Shown here in pieces: positions 12,590 to 25,610 of a stretch of 64,000 nt of DNA; the first letter of the stretch is position 1, and each line of letters opens with the position of its first letter. A program made the position numbers and the translations under genes. Below the pieces are notes generated by a model that did not search any database, was not told the DNA's origin, and saw nothing but the letters and a program-made list of their open reading frames with translations. The stretch is taken from NCBI RefSeq assembly GCF_902713615.1, contig NC_052146.1, positions 61,457,833 to 61,521,832 of the forward strand, in the 5' to 3' direction. The stretch comes from Scyliorhinus canicula. Its lineage: Eukaryota.

Positions 12590-13010
12590 ACTCAATTTCC
12601 CTCATTTGGTTCCCAAACCCTTGATAGTGGTACCCTACAGAAATTTAGCAATCTCTAATTTAAAATCTTGATTCCCCCCCCCCCCCCCCCCCAACGATAA
12701 AGATATTCAGCACCCTTTGTGTGAAGAAGCGCCTTTTGACACCACCCCTAAGCAGCCTGGCTCTAATTTGAAGGTTATGCCTCTTTGTTCTGGAGTCTAC
12801 TAATTCCAGAGGAAGTGATTTCTCTCTCTGTCCATCCTCTGAACGCCTTTGATATCTGAAGAATCTCAAATAAATTGTCCCTTTATATCCATGGGAAGGA
12901 ACGCAAGCCTAGTGAACGTCTAACCGGCCAAGTCAGCACCAGCTGGCCTAGTCAATTTCTAACTGGCCTCGTCAATGTCTAATCATTTTAGCCCAGGTAA
13001 CTTTCTGGCA
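12590..13010 (-). mobile_element. CR1 3' fragment containing a short tandem repeat of about 20 nt
   Basis: Minus strand SRTKRHNLQIRARLLRGGVKRRFFTQRVLNI. Confidence 0.7.
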
Positions 13011-13289
13011 AATCCTTCACTGGGAAGTGCTTCACTGATTTAATCCATCCAGAACAGACTTTTATCTTTCAAATCTTTGGATAAGTTTGCAAAGTCTTAT
13101 GGGCGGGATTCTCCGCCCCCCCCCCCCCCCCTCCCCCCCCGGGCCCGGTCGGAGAATTCTGTGGGCTGAGTGGCCTCCTGCGCTGTACCATTCTATGGTA
13201 CGTCAGTAAATGTTTGGTACGCTTCACATTCCAGAGCTCTAGAGGGAGTGGTCTGGCAAATACTGAAAGCTTTATTGCTGACTTCTAGG

Positions 13290-14290
13290 GTTCTCACATG
13301 CCAACTGCTCCCAGCCTGATGGCAATGAACATAACAGGGAGAAGCGAGGCCATGCTGAGCAGGACAAGCTGCTGGAAGAGCAAGTGGGAGGATGGGAAGA
13401 TGGCAAGGGTCATATCCGCAGAGTGTTTCAAGGAAACAGATCTGTTAGTGTATCAATGCTGTGATACCATGATGGCAGCAGCCTGAACTTCCACTGCAAC
13501 AGCTACCCTAGTGGGTGGACGCCGTAATGGAAAATTAAGACTTTGGCCAATCAAACACTGCATTATGGTTGGTTCCAGAAATGTTCTCATGCAGTTAAGC
13601 ACTCCATGCTCATGGATGTTGAAAACAGTCTGGCAGGCTTCCTAATCCACCAAATATTTATTTTTTGTAAATCTAGCAGCCTTCTTTTGTAGATGACCCC
13701 TTTAAAAGTCCTCGGTTGAGTCATCTGCAGCAGAACCCGAGTGCAACCTCACCCTCCAGTGTGCTGGCATCTGCATTATCCTTGACCCTTGGTCCTGGCT
13801 GCAGCTCACACATGCCCAGTGTCGCACCACTTGAAGACCCTGCATTTATGCTCGCCGCTCCGCTACATGCCACGTTAGTTTCTGAGCTTGCACCTCGAAT
13901 GAAAAACAAAAATGACTGCGTGTTTCTTCTTGATGGTCCTCTGCTGCCTCGCCAGGTTGCATCTCCTGAGTATCTGAAAGGTAAAAGGTAAAAGCAGGGT
14001 TGTGATGGGGGTGGGGGAGAAAGAAAGAAACTCATGCTTACAGCTTGAAAGTCAGAGAAGATTGTGAAATAAGCGGCGGGTGCGTGGGATGTGAGACGAA
14101 CAATAATGTACAAGAATGGGTTCATCTTCAGTGGTTTCAGCCTTTCACCTGGCCTTGCCAATGAGAGGCCCAATACTGGGCAGCACTGTCTCCTCCACGG
14201 GTATCAGGACACGTGCACAAGGCTGCCCTTCTCCTGTAAGTTTCTGCTGCACAAAACTGTGCTCCATTGTCCTGGAAGAGAGAGGGAGTG
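13290..14290 (-). pseudogene. Decayed, intron-containing Myb/SANT-like ORF remnant of a Harbinger transposon
   Basis: After acceptor ccctctctcttccag (AG at 14273-14272) the minus strand encodes QQKLTGEGQPCARVLIPVEETVLPSIG (14249-14166). This resembles the R/K-TGGG..LTP.EE.VL.I.G motif of Harbinger Myb-like proteins. A second acceptor-like site lies near 13975; frameshifted. Confidence 0.45.
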
Positions 14291-15113
14291 TGTCAGTGAG
14301 TGTCGTGCAATTGGTTAGTTGACATGGTTAAATAACTGGCAGCTGGACACAAGCTGCAATGCTTCCTGCAGTGCTAAATGTGTGAGGGTGTGATGGAGCC
14401 TGATCGATAGAGATTGTTGGTCGGTGAGTAAGGTGTGCCATTCCCCAATGCCCTTTCAGATTCACTTCCTGCATGGCTCTCCGCAAATGTTCCAGTCGTA
14501 CTATCGACTCTCTTTAAGATGTGCAATCTAGCCTTAAGGAACTGAGAAGATGTTCGGCTCCCCGCCGAAGCATGCAGCCAATGAACAACGCAGTGCCTGT
14601 GTTTCAAGCAATGTTTGGTATTAGGGTGGCTTAATTGCACATCATCATTTTTGGGGACGATGAAATTATCTTTTAATTGTCTCTAGCACTTGATCCTAAG
14701 TATGCAGCAGTCATCTGAGTTAACACAACATCAGCAGTCTGCTGCTCATCACACCCGTAAAATAGTAACACATTATTACAGCTCTGGTTCTGAAACAGTC
14801 TACATCTAAACTAGGGAACTCTCTTCTGATCTGGTTTCCTATTGGTACTAGCTCTAGCCTCTTGTCTTCATCGATTACTGGAGTAGTGTCATGTTAATGC
14901 ATCGTCATACCTTTGCAGTTCACCAGTACTAAACTGGCCGTGAAACGCTGCAGAACATCCGGAAGTTGTGAAGGACGCTGTATCAATTCAGTGTTTTTCT
15001 TTCCTTGAACCTTGTGTCCAGATCTGTAATCAAACATTGAGTTTCCAGGCATGAGTCTACGGAAGAAGGATTTCTCAATCAGCATGCATAGAGACATTGG
15101 AAATGCGTTGGTG

Positions 15114-17911
15114 CAGTGTGGGTCATACAGGCCGATCTCACTCTTGAATGTGGACGACAAGTTGTTGGCAAAGATCTTAGCCACGAGGATTGAGGACTGT
15201 GTGCCGCAGGTTATTCACGAGGATCAAACGGGGTTTGTGAAGGGGAGGCAGCTGAACACTAATATACGGAGGCTCTTGAACGTCATAATGATGCTGGCGG
15301 TAGAAGGGGAGGCGGAGATAGTGGTGGCGCTAGATGCGGAGGACTTTGATAGGGTCGAGTGGGGGTACTTGTGGGAGATGCTGGAAAGGTTCAGGTTTGG
15401 GGAGGGGTTTGTCAGTTGGGCGAGGCTGTTGTATGAGGCCCCGATGGCGAGTGTGGCCACGAATAAGAGGAGGTCGGAGTATTTTTGATTATATCGAGGG
15501 ACGAGGCAGGGGTGTCCCCTGTCCCCCCTACTTTTTGTGCTGGCAATTGAACCCCTGGCTATGGCGCTGAGGGAGTCAGTGTTTGGAGGTTCTGGTCTGG
15601 GGTGGGGAGGAGCACTGAGTGATGCTCTATGCGGACGACCTTTTGGTGTATGTGGCGGACCCGGTGGAGGGAACGACGGTGGTGATGGGGATTCTCCGAG
15701 AATTTGGGGATTTCTCATGGTATCATCTTAACTTTTGGAAAAGCGAGCTGTTTGTGGTACACCCGGGGGACCAGGAGGGAGGGATTGGGAGGCTCCCGCT
15801 GAAAAGGGCGGAGAGGAGCTTCAGGTACTTGGGGGTTCAGGTGGCCAGGAGCTGGGGGGCCTTGCATAAGCTAAACCTCACAAGGCTGGTGGAGCAAATG
15901 GAGGAGGAGTTTAAGAGGTGGGACATGCTGCCGCTGTCTCTGGCGGGTAGGATGCAGTCAGTTAAGATGACGGTGCTCCCGAGGTTTCTGTTCTTGTTCC
16001 AGTGCCTCCCCATCCTTATCCCGAAGGTCTTTTTCAGGCGGGTTAACAGGAGCATTACGGGATTTGTGTGGGTGCATGGGACTCCGAGGGTGAGAAGGGT
16101 GTTTCTGGAGCGGGGCAGGGATGGGGGGGGGGGCTGGGGGGGGGGGGGGGGGGGGCTGGCACTGCCCAACCTCTGTGGGTATTATTGGGCTGCCAACGCA
16201 GCGATGGTGCATAAGTGAGTAATGGACGGGGAGGGGGCAGCATGGAAGAGGATGGAGATGGTATCCTGTGTGGGCACGAGCCTGGAAGCGCTGGTAACGG
16301 CGCCGTTGCCGCTCCCTCCAACGAGGTATACCACGAGCCCGGTGGTGGCAGCTACCCTCAAGATTTGGGGGCAATGGAGGAGGCGGCACAGGGGTAAGGT
16401 GGGGGCCTCGATGGGGTCCACGATACGGGGGAACCACCCGTTTGTTCCGGGGAGAATTGATGGCGGGTTCCTGAGTTGGCACAGGGCAGGTGTCAGGAGC
16501 AGGAGGCTGGGGGACCTGTTCATAGACGGGAAGTTCGCGAGCCTGGGTGAGCTGGAAGAGAAGTTTGGGCTCCCCCCCAGGGAACACCTTTAGGTACATG
16601 CAAGTAAGGGCGTTTGTCAGGCAGCAGGTGGCGGGGTTCCCTCTGCTGCCGCCGCGTGGGGTTCAGGACAGGGTGCTCTCGGGGGTGTGGGTTGGAGAGG
16701 GGAGGATCTCGGAAGCGTACCAGGTGATGCAGGAGGTAGACGAGGCCTCGGTGGAGGAGTTGAAAGGTAAATGGGAGGAGGAGCTGGGTGAGGAGATTGA
16801 GGAGGGGCCGTGGGCGGATGCCCTGGAAAGGGTAAACTCCTCGTCTTCTTGTGCGAGGCTTAGCCTCACACAGTTTAAGGTGCCGCATAGGGCTCATATG
16901 ACCGGGACAAGGATGAGCCGGTTTTTTGGGAGCGAGGCCAGGGCAGCACGGTAGCATGGTGGTTAGCATAAATGCTTCACAGCTCCAGGGTCCCAGGTTC
17001 AGTTCCCGGCTGGGTCACTGTCTGTGCGGAGTCTGCACGTCCTCCCCGTGTGTACGTGGATTTCCTCCGGGTGCTCCGGTTTCCTCCCACAGTCCAAAGA
17101 TGTGCGGGTTAGGTGGATTGGCCATGCTAAATTGCCCGTAGTGTCCTTAAAAGTAAGGTTGGGGGGGGGGGGTTGTTGGGTTACGGGTATAGGGTGGATA
17201 CGTGGGTTGAGTAGGGTGATCATTGCTCGGCACAACATCGAGGGCTGAAGGGCCTGTTCTGTGCTGTACTGTTCTATGTCTATGTCTATTAGGTGCTCTG
17301 GGGGCCCAGCAAACCATGTCCATATGTTCTGGGCATGCCCAGTGCTGGGGGAATTTTGGAAGGGTGTAGCAAGGACGGTATCGAGGGTGGTAGGATCCAG
17401 GGTCAATCCAGGCTGGGGACTTGCAATATCTGGGGTTGCAGTGGAGCCGGGAGTGCAGGAGGCGAAAGAGGTCGGTGTTCTGGCCTTTGCACCCCTAGTA
17501 GCCGGCGAAGGATTCTTCTTCAGTGGAAGGATGCGAGACCCCCAAGCGTGGAGGCCTGGGTCAATGATATGCTGGGGTTTATTAAATTGGAGAGGGTGAA
17601 ATTTGCCCTAAGGGGATCAGTGCAGGGGATTATCAGGAGATGGCAACCATTCCTAGATCTCCTGGCAGAACGGTAAAATCAAAAGGTCAGCAGCAATCCG
17701 GGGTGGGGGTGGGGGGGGGGGGGGGGTTTAACTCTTTGATTTTCTGTGGGTTAAATCTTTGCCAACGATGGGCGTTTATTTATTTTTTCTCTTTTGTATA
17801 CACTGGTGGGGGGGGGGGGGGGGGGAGGGTTGTTCTTTTTGTTCTTAGAACTTTCTGTTACTGTTTTCTTTTTTGTGAAAATTTGAATTAAAATAATTTT
17901 TTTTTAAAAAA
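15114..17911 (+). mobile_element. 5'-truncated L1-clade LINE (RT, CCHC region, 3'UTR, A-rich tail)
   Basis: [48 protein letters not shown]; 15-bp TSD ggaaatgcgttggtg (15099-15113) / ggaaatgcgtcggtg (17912-17926); frameshifted. Confidence 0.93.
16941..17288 (+). mobile_element. Young V-domain SINE (CR1-type tail) inserted in L1
   Basis: Near-identical to copies at 20773 and 53723; interrupts the L1 zinc-knuckle coding region. Confidence 0.9.
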
Positions 17912-18337
17912 GGAAATGCGTCGGTGAGGGATTCCTGTCTCCTGGCAGGTCTTGATAAGTGTAAAATGGCCAGTGGTGATTTTTATTTGCATAGACTTCA
18001 ACAAATCAGGAGGTATGTAAAAGAGGATGCCAACTTGCGATCATTTGTCCTACGTCATCGCACAGGGACAACTTCAGGATGAATGCACTACTGCTATTGC
18101 TTAAAGGAAGAACTGACCCATCATCATGGTTGGTGTAAATTAGTTATAGTAATCTAGTAGCTGAATTTTATGTATCCATCAACGAAAAGCAGAACAAACT
18201 TGAGATGTTCTTTGTTGTAGCCACAAAGAGAGCGAATCTGAGGTGGCACACGTTAATTTTCTATGACAAATTGCAAGTGGTTTATTTACAAGATGCTCTT
18301 CAAACAGGGGTCTGTGGTGACCTCCACAAAAGCCCAC

Positions 18338-19388
18338 TGTTGCTAATTGTGCTTTTACTCAATTTGCTCTGTTTAATCACTTTGCTCTAGAGTCGCCAGG
18401 TATCTTTATGATACCACCACGGGTTCAAGTTCAAGTGTTGATCAATAACTCAATACACCAGTTAGTAAGTTTCAAATCAAATCACATTTATTATATACAC
18501 AGTCAATCGCTACTCATGCATAAAACTCTACTTACTAGACTATCTCTAACACTAAAAGGCCAATACTTAGCTTTGGAAATGGCCCACCAGGTCAGGGGAA
18601 CAATGGCCTTTCGTTCGATTCTGAGTCTGCAGGCTTCAAGCTGGTATGGACTAGTAGCTAGGAGCGCCTATCTCGTAGAGTGTGTTGACTGGACACTGAC
18701 TTGGTTGGTGCAGCTGCTAGGCAGGTCTCTCGTAGTTGAGAGTCTCGGTCAAGAGTTATTTTGAGCTGCTGAGAGACCCTGCCAAGAAGGACGAACTGAA
18801 CTTGGGGACTCCAGGGGCTTTGCGCCCTTTTGGGCGGACCCCAGACTTGGTTCTGATTCATTGGACTAAGTTCTGATCACTTGGATTGATTTCTCCAATA
18901 CCGGAGCTGTTCCCTGATCGCTGGGCGGTTCCCATGTGTCCGTTGGCCTTCCTTTGTCCTGGCTCCCACTGGTGCCGGGGTGTCTGGTTTGGTCTCAATT
19001 ACTCTTAATAGAATAGAATAGAACAGTACAGCACAGAACAGGCCCTTCGGCCCTCGATGTTGCGCCGAGCAATGATCACCCCTACTTAAACCCACGTAAC
19101 CCGTATACCCGTAACCCAACAATCCCCCCATTAACCTTACACTATGGGCAATTTAGCATGCCCAATCCACCTACCCCGCACATCTTTGGACTAATGTTTC
19201 CAATTGTTCCCGGGGATCGCTCATTAATATGTAGATGGTCGCTGGTTTCAGTTCTGTCTGGGTTTCTGCAAGTCCTAATACACAGGAAACTTTGCACCTG
19301 CTTGTTTTCCTGTCCTTGGCCATTTCTCCCTGCATTCTTAGCGGATCTCCATTTTGGAATCGGAAAGTGGTCAACCCAGGTGGCTACA
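18338..19388 (-). mobile_element. Solo LTR (Gypsy-like) with a SINE 3' fragment inserted at about 19003-19190
   Basis: TGTTGC...GCTACA termini, 4-bp TSD CCAC on both sides, minus-strand AATAAA near 18487-18492. Confidence 0.7.
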
Positions 19389-20772
19389 CCACAAAATTTT
19401 CCGAAGGCATCGTTGCTTGACATGTGACATTATACCAGCCAATGGTGTTACTCTGACACATGACAAAACTGTACAAATGAATCCAAGTTATTTATAATAT
19501 TAAACCGAGGGAATGAAGGGTGGCCCTCAAAATTAGGTTCTCTACCAGGATCTGGTCCACTGTTTCCTGCTCCCGGCTGAAGCAGAAATGGCTAAATCGC
19601 TTCTGAACTTTTTTGCCTAATTGTCGCTGCTTTTCTCCCAAAACAAACCCATTCAGGGGGACAGTATGCCAGGCACTGGTCCATGCTGGGTAGCTCGCTG
19701 AAGTGGCTTTCCTCAAGCCTGAACCTGAGCAATGTGGCATCCTGACGGAAAATCTGAGGTGGTGTCACTGTCACAGTCCTCGCCTGGTGTCCGCATGTAG
19801 CAAGGCTTACTGAACAGTGAAACAGAGCTGGAGAACAAGGAGGGCCATCCCTGACTAAATTTTCTTGGCTCCACCACGTGACACTAGGACCAACTGCTGC
19901 CAAACTCAGCACCGAGCAGGCATCAAGGCCAAGGATCTTATCGCTGTTTTTAGCCACCAGACGTACTTCACAATTTGAAGGTTCTTGACTGGTTTTTACA
20001 TAAAATGAACGCCCCAGAAAGCAAACATCTATTACATTTGGAAACGTTTCCCTTTTGTATTTCTTAAAGATATTAGATAGGAATGTGCAGCACTGAAAAG
20101 AGGCTGGAGCTGTCTGCCCCGCCAAGCACAAAAGATGAAAGAAAAGACCAAACACTACTCTTGTCTCTCAGACCCCCTCGATCTCTGTCCTGGAATGTAC
20201 AGGGCTGCAAGAAACCCTGGAGTCTGCACATTCCTCTGTACACTTTTTTAGCATTGAAAAGACCTCCACCCCTCCAGGTAAACACTGGTATTGCTGTCTG
20301 GGCAGGAATGGTAAATGCTGAAGGGAACAGTTTGAACTAGTCAAAGTCTCAGGGCTAAATCTACAATGAGTAGTTGAAAATTAATACAAGATTTATAGCT
20401 GAGCCCAAGGACTGTCATTAACTCCAGAGCTTCTTTGGTGTTGCGGATGGGAAAAGTGCATTAAGTTGCGATGAAAGGGAAGCGATACATAAGGTCATTA
20501 GTTTTGTTACTATGTTAATACATACCTGGTCACCATATAATGACGATTGCTGAAATTTAAGTCCGTTTACACAGGATTTCAAAGATTCAGCCTTTCTTTG
20601 TGAAGGTCAATTGAATTCCTCTAAATGGGCAAGTGTCTGCTCCTTATGCATTGGCTCATACACTTTAAACTGAGTCAGGGGAATGCTCAGAATATGCATT
20701 TTGAATATCGAGAGTACACCGTGTGAATATTAGTGTGTTTCTGCTATTCCGTGCTAAAAACTTATCTATCTA

Positions 20773-21124
20773 GGGCAGCAGGGTAGCATGGTGGTTAGCA
20801 TAAATGCTTCACAGCTCCAGGGTCCCAGGTTCGATTCCCGGACGGGTCACTGTCTGTGTGGAGTCTGCACGTCCTCCCCCTGTGTGTGTGGGTTTCCTCC
20901 GGGTGCTCCGGTTTCCTCCCACAGTCCAAAGATATGCGGGTTAGGTGGATTGGCCATGCTAAATTGCCCGTAGTGTCTTAATAAAAGTAAGGTTAAGGGG
21001 GGGGGGGGGTTGTTGGGTTACGGGTATAGGGTGGATACGTGGGTTTGAGTAGGGTGATCATGGCTCGGCACAACATTGAGGGCCGAAGGGCCTGTTCTGT
21101 GCTGTACTGTTCTATGTTCTATGT
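20773..21124 (+). mobile_element. Young V-domain SINE (CR1-type tail)
   Basis: Full head, V core and (ttctatg)n tail. Confidence 0.9.
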
Positions 21125-21371
21125 AAACTACATAAAATCGTTTACCGAGAATCTGTGGAGGGGGAGGGCGCGGGAGGGGGCATCTGGAATGTGGTTGCTG
21201 CCTGAGTTAGCAAAAGGTCAGAGTATTTCTGTGGGACTCTGGCCGCCCAGCTGAAGTCTCCCTATCAGTGGCTGGAGCACGAACTTCGGTACGACAGCAA
21301 GTGAGGAAATGCTATTTTCAGGGCATTTATCTGGAGCAGTAGCTGTGAACATCCGCCTCACCCTCATCGGA

Positions 21372-21712
21372 GGGCAGCACGGTAGCATTGTGGATAGCAC
21401 AATTGCTTCACAGCTCCAGGGTCCCAGGTTCGATTCCGGCTTGAGTCACTGTCTGCGGAGTCTGCACATCCCGTGTGTGCGTGGGTTTCCTCTGGATGCT
21501 CCGGTTTCCTCCCACAGTCCAAAGATGTGCAGGTTAGGTGGATTGGCCATGATAAATTGCCCTTAGTGTCCAAAATTGCCCTTAGTGTTGGGTGGGGTTA
21601 CTGGGTTATGGGGATAGGGTGGAGGTGTTGACCTTGGGTAGGGTGCTCTTTCCAAGAGCCAGTGCAGACTCGATGGGCCGAATGGCCTCCTTCTGCACTG
21701 TAAATTCTATGA
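21372..21712 (+). mobile_element. V-domain SINE (second CR1-type tail)
   Basis: Full head and core; tail gggccgaatggcctccttctgcactgtaaattctatg. Confidence 0.9.
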
Positions 21713-23209
21713 TAATCTTGTCTGTACACAAAATATTTATGCAGTAGAATATGTGGACTCCACGTATCCGCTTCCACTGAAGGTGTGAAGTGCATTGGCC
21801 AACACACAGCGGCAGGTTTCACAGTGACTCAGAGTCCACCTAAATAGCTCCTTTGTAGGCAACGAATACGACTGAATTACAGAAAAGGTATTCTCCAGTA
21901 ACTAATTCACACAACTGAAAACCCCACAGCAAGTGAGTACATTGCGGCGCATTCTCAGTAGAAACGTAACCTTATTTTGTCAAATCTTGAATAAAATAAA
22001 GATTTAAGAATGGGACACAATAAAGATGAAAGAAGTTTGGCTAAAATAAAGTTTTAAAAATGGGGCGAATTAGCTTAGAATAAAGGAAAATAGATAAGTC
22101 AGGTGGGAAACAATAGAAGGATATAATTTTAGGTGTTAACGCTACAGAAGAGTTGAGTTTAAAGTGGCGACATGAGGAAATAGTCCATATGTATGTGCAA
22201 AAAGCCTGGATTCTATAGTGTGTAGTTGAGATAGGAGGAGATCAAATGGGAAATATGGTATATCAGTAGCTGTGTAGATCTCTACTGACAGGAGATGTGG
22301 AAAGGAGAATGAAGAGAAACAGCTTGAAAAGCAGTTAAGATCACAGCCAACCCCAGCTGGAAAGCAGAATTCTAGACTAAAAGCTGCTGATTTGAAAATC
22401 TGAGAGAAACATTATTCTGAACCGAAGAATGTTTCCTAAATATAAAGATAATCTGGGGTATTTGTTGGATTCTCCAGAGGGGCGGATTCTCAATTGGCTG
22501 ACACCGCGATCGGGATTGCCAATCAGGCAGAGAATGGAGCGGCCGCCAAAAAAGGTGGTTGGCGCCGGGCAGCTAAGTGCTTTCTGCTGTGAGAAGAGAA
22601 AGTGAAACCACTCAGCTTGTTTTGATGTGGTGAGGAGCTGTCAATCATGGCAAGAGTGATTATAAACATTGTGGTTAGCATCAAAGCAGGGTAAGTGGGA
22701 TGCATTCATGTGTGAAGGAAAAGATAAGCAATCCACCAAGAACCTGTCTCTGGACTAGTAAAACTGTTAATCACTGGCTAGTGAAATGTATTGCTGTGTG
22801 AAATTGAATGGGAGTTTTGTATTTCAAAGGCTATCAAGGGATTTGAAGCCCTCTCAGGTGTACCCAGCTTTCAAGGAAGCCTCTGACATCTGTAACATCT
22901 GCTTTAAACACTTTTGTCGAAGGCAGCTGATGTTAGGGAAAGGTAAGTGAAAATGCAGTGACCTTTCACTGTATTGCCTGGACTGTTCGTCAGCTTTGAG
23001 GCAGGGGTTGCTGAGCGGAATCTCTGAAGGGGGGGGGGGTTCACTGAGGGAGGGCTGATTTGGGTGGGGGGCTTGTGGAAGGGGGTCGGGTCACCGTCAT
23101 GTGTGCGTGCGGTGCGGGTGGCTATAGGTCCATTGTGTAGGGTAATTGTTTTAAGTCAAGGGACATTTCTCAGAGTACAGAAATGTAAATAATAATTCCA
23201 GAATATAGT

Positions 23210-23819
23210 GGGCGGGATTCTCCATTCTCCAACGCCGAAATCGCGTTCGGCCAGAGAATCCCCGTTTGCGATTAAATCGGGAGCGGCCCTGCTTTCGCCC
23301 TCTCCAAAGCAGCGTACTCTCGGAGTACAGTGCACGCCTTATGGATGTCTCAGGAAGCCCTCCACCCGAGGGTCTGTCCCCGACCGGCCAAGTTCCCGAC
23401 GATGTGGGTCTCTCAGGCTATTACATGTCGGGAACTCAGCATGGCGGCTACGGACTCAGTCCAGCGACACCACAGTCGGGGGGAGAGCCGATCTGCGGGC
23501 AGTGGGGACTTTGGCAGGGGCTGGGGACACTGTTGGGGGTGGTCCGGGGTTCGCGAGCCTGACTAAAGGGGGGGGGGCACTATTTGGCAGGCCTGGTCCG
23601 CATGCAGCCGGTGGCATGTTGCACGGCGCAGCCACTGTAGGCCGCCGCCATGCGCGGCCATGGACCCGGCAATTCTCCAGCCGTATCGCCAGCTAGGGCC
23701 TGCTAGCCCCCCATCAAACGGAGGATTGGTGGCCATTTTGCGCTGATTTTATGGTCAGAAAACGCCACCGTTCCCACGCCAGCGTCAGCACGTAGCCTGG
23801 AAATCGGAGAATCTAGCCC
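23210..23819. mobile_element. GC-rich MITE, PIF/Harbinger-like
   Basis: TIRs GGGCGGGATTCTCC / GGAGAATCTAGCCC; TSD AGT/AGT; related to 52340-52951. Confidence 0.85.
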
Positions 23820-24051
23820 AGTGTGTGTTTGGAACCACTGTTGAAGTTAAGTGTATCTTTGTTTTGTATTGTGGCTTTTCTTGTTGAATGTTTTATCATT
23901 AATAAACCTTATTTTATTTACATGGTTACAACAAGACTGGACCTTTTCCTCACTTGTTTGAATATCTGATCTCGCATTATACCAATTTGAAAAAACACGC
24001 TCTGAAGAACCGGCGTTCTTTCATGTCTAACATCAGTGGGGTTCTTAACAA

Positions 24052-24345
24052 TTTAATAATCTTTATTGTCACAAGTAGGCTTACATTAGCACTGCAATGA
24101 AGTTACTGTGAAAAGCCCCTAATCGCCACATTCTGGCACCTGCTGGGTACAGAGTGAGAACGCAGAATGTCCAAATAACCTAACAGCACGTCTTTTGGGA
24201 CTTGTGGGAGGAAACCGGAGCACCCGGCGGAAACCCACGCAGACACGGGGAGAACGTGCAGACTCTGCACAGACAGTGACGCAAGTCGGGAATTGAATCT
24301 GAGACCCTGGAGCTGTGAAGCAACAATGCTAACCACTGTGCTACC
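24052..24345 (-). mobile_element. V-domain SINE with tail B
   Basis: V core joined to ggcgattaggggcttttcacagtaacttc...acaataaagattatt tail. Confidence 0.85.
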
Positions 24346-24771
24346 GGAAAGTTCCAAATTACCCCGGTGATTCATCAGCCGTTCATCTCCCCACCCCACC
24401 GGGGGAAATCTTCCAGCGTCCTATTAACAAAGTCGCCTTCTCTCAATCTTCTGAGCATGCTTGCATGGACTTCCAGCGGCAAGTCACCGACTGGTGATAC
24501 TTTAGTCCTCAATTCTCCACAACAAGGTTTGTTCTTTCAAGCAGAGATTATGCCCTCATCAGCGCCCCGCTTGGTGATTAACCCAAAAGCATTCCTTTCT
24601 TCTGCCTGGGATAGCAGCATCTGCTTTTGGCCTGACTGCCGCTTGAGAGTCGTAAGTCTGTGCACAGCAAGGCTAACTGCTTCTCCTTTTCTGTTCAGGT
24701 GTCAGAGCGTGCACCTCCCTTTCAATAGTCCTTGACCTGAGCCCCAAACCCCACAACAACCAAATCATGTG

Positions 24772-24937
24772 GGGTGGGATTCCCCGTCCTGCGGAACGCC
24801 CGCGCCGGCAGCGGGGTTCTCCTTCCCGTCAGCCAGCCAATGGGATTTCCCATTGTGGGCAGCTCACGCCGTCGGTGAGGTGGGTGTGTGTGTGCTGCTG
24901 GCGTAACGGAGAATCCCGACAGTGGGGAATCCAGCCA
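24772..24937. mobile_element. Short Harbinger-like MITE
   Basis: TIRs GGGTGGGATTCCCC / GGGGAATCCAGCCA; flanks gtg/atg. Confidence 0.6.
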
Positions 24938-24987
24938 ATGATGTTTGGGCCGGGTTCACACTACCCCATTCCAGGATGTTCTATTGT

Positions 24988-25240
24988 GGGCGGCACGCTA
25001 GCACAGTGATTAACACTGTTGCTTCACAGCACCAGGGTCCCAGGTTCGATTCCCGGCTTGGGTCACTGTCTGTGCGGAGTCTGCATGTTCTCCCCGTGTC
25101 TGCGTGGGTTTCCTCCAGGTGCTCCGGCTTCCTCCCACAAGTTCCGAAATAATTGGACATTCTGAATTCTCCCTCAGTGCACCCGAACAGACGCCGGAAT
25201 GTGGCGACCTTCATTGCAGTGTTAATGTAAGCCTACTTGT
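24988..25240 (+). mobile_element. V-domain SINE with partly deleted tail B
   Basis: Head gggcggcacgctagcacag, B box ggttcgattcc, V core. Confidence 0.85.
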
Positions 25241-25610
25241 ATATTTACCTTAAATTAAAAGAGACAGTGTAAAGCAAAACTGTCTTATAAAGCCTAGCGG
25301 CCGTAACACTATTAAATCACAGAACCACAGGATTGTTACAGCACAGAAGGAGTCGTGTCTGCACCGAAGATGGGGGAACAATTTCGGTGTTTCAGTCCAA
25401 ATGCTTATTTTGCAGTAGTATGCCAGAAAAATCTACTTTCTAGGCACAAACAACAAATTGGCTTTTTGGGGCATGCACAATAATATCAAACATGTGAATC
25501 ACTAGTGTATCTGCTTGTCAGCGGGTGCTGATAAAAATCACCACAGGTTGGGCATCTCTTTTCTCAGTGCTGTTGCTAACCCACACAGTGCTGCTCTTTG
25601 AAGCAAGCCT

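Noticed and set aside
16926-17248. Recurrent short ORFs such as MVVSINASQLQGPRFDSR.../CVRGFPPGAPVSSHSPK
   Set aside because: These are translations of V-domain SINE copies, not a gene family.
18216-19388. Longer element bounded by TGTAGCCAC...GTGGCTACA
   Set aside because: No TSD at 18216; the 18338 boundary gives a perfect CCAC duplication.
22100-24050. Possible LTR hosting the 23210 MITE (AATAAA near 23901, end ...ttcttaaca)
   Set aside because: The 5' terminus and TSD could not be identified.
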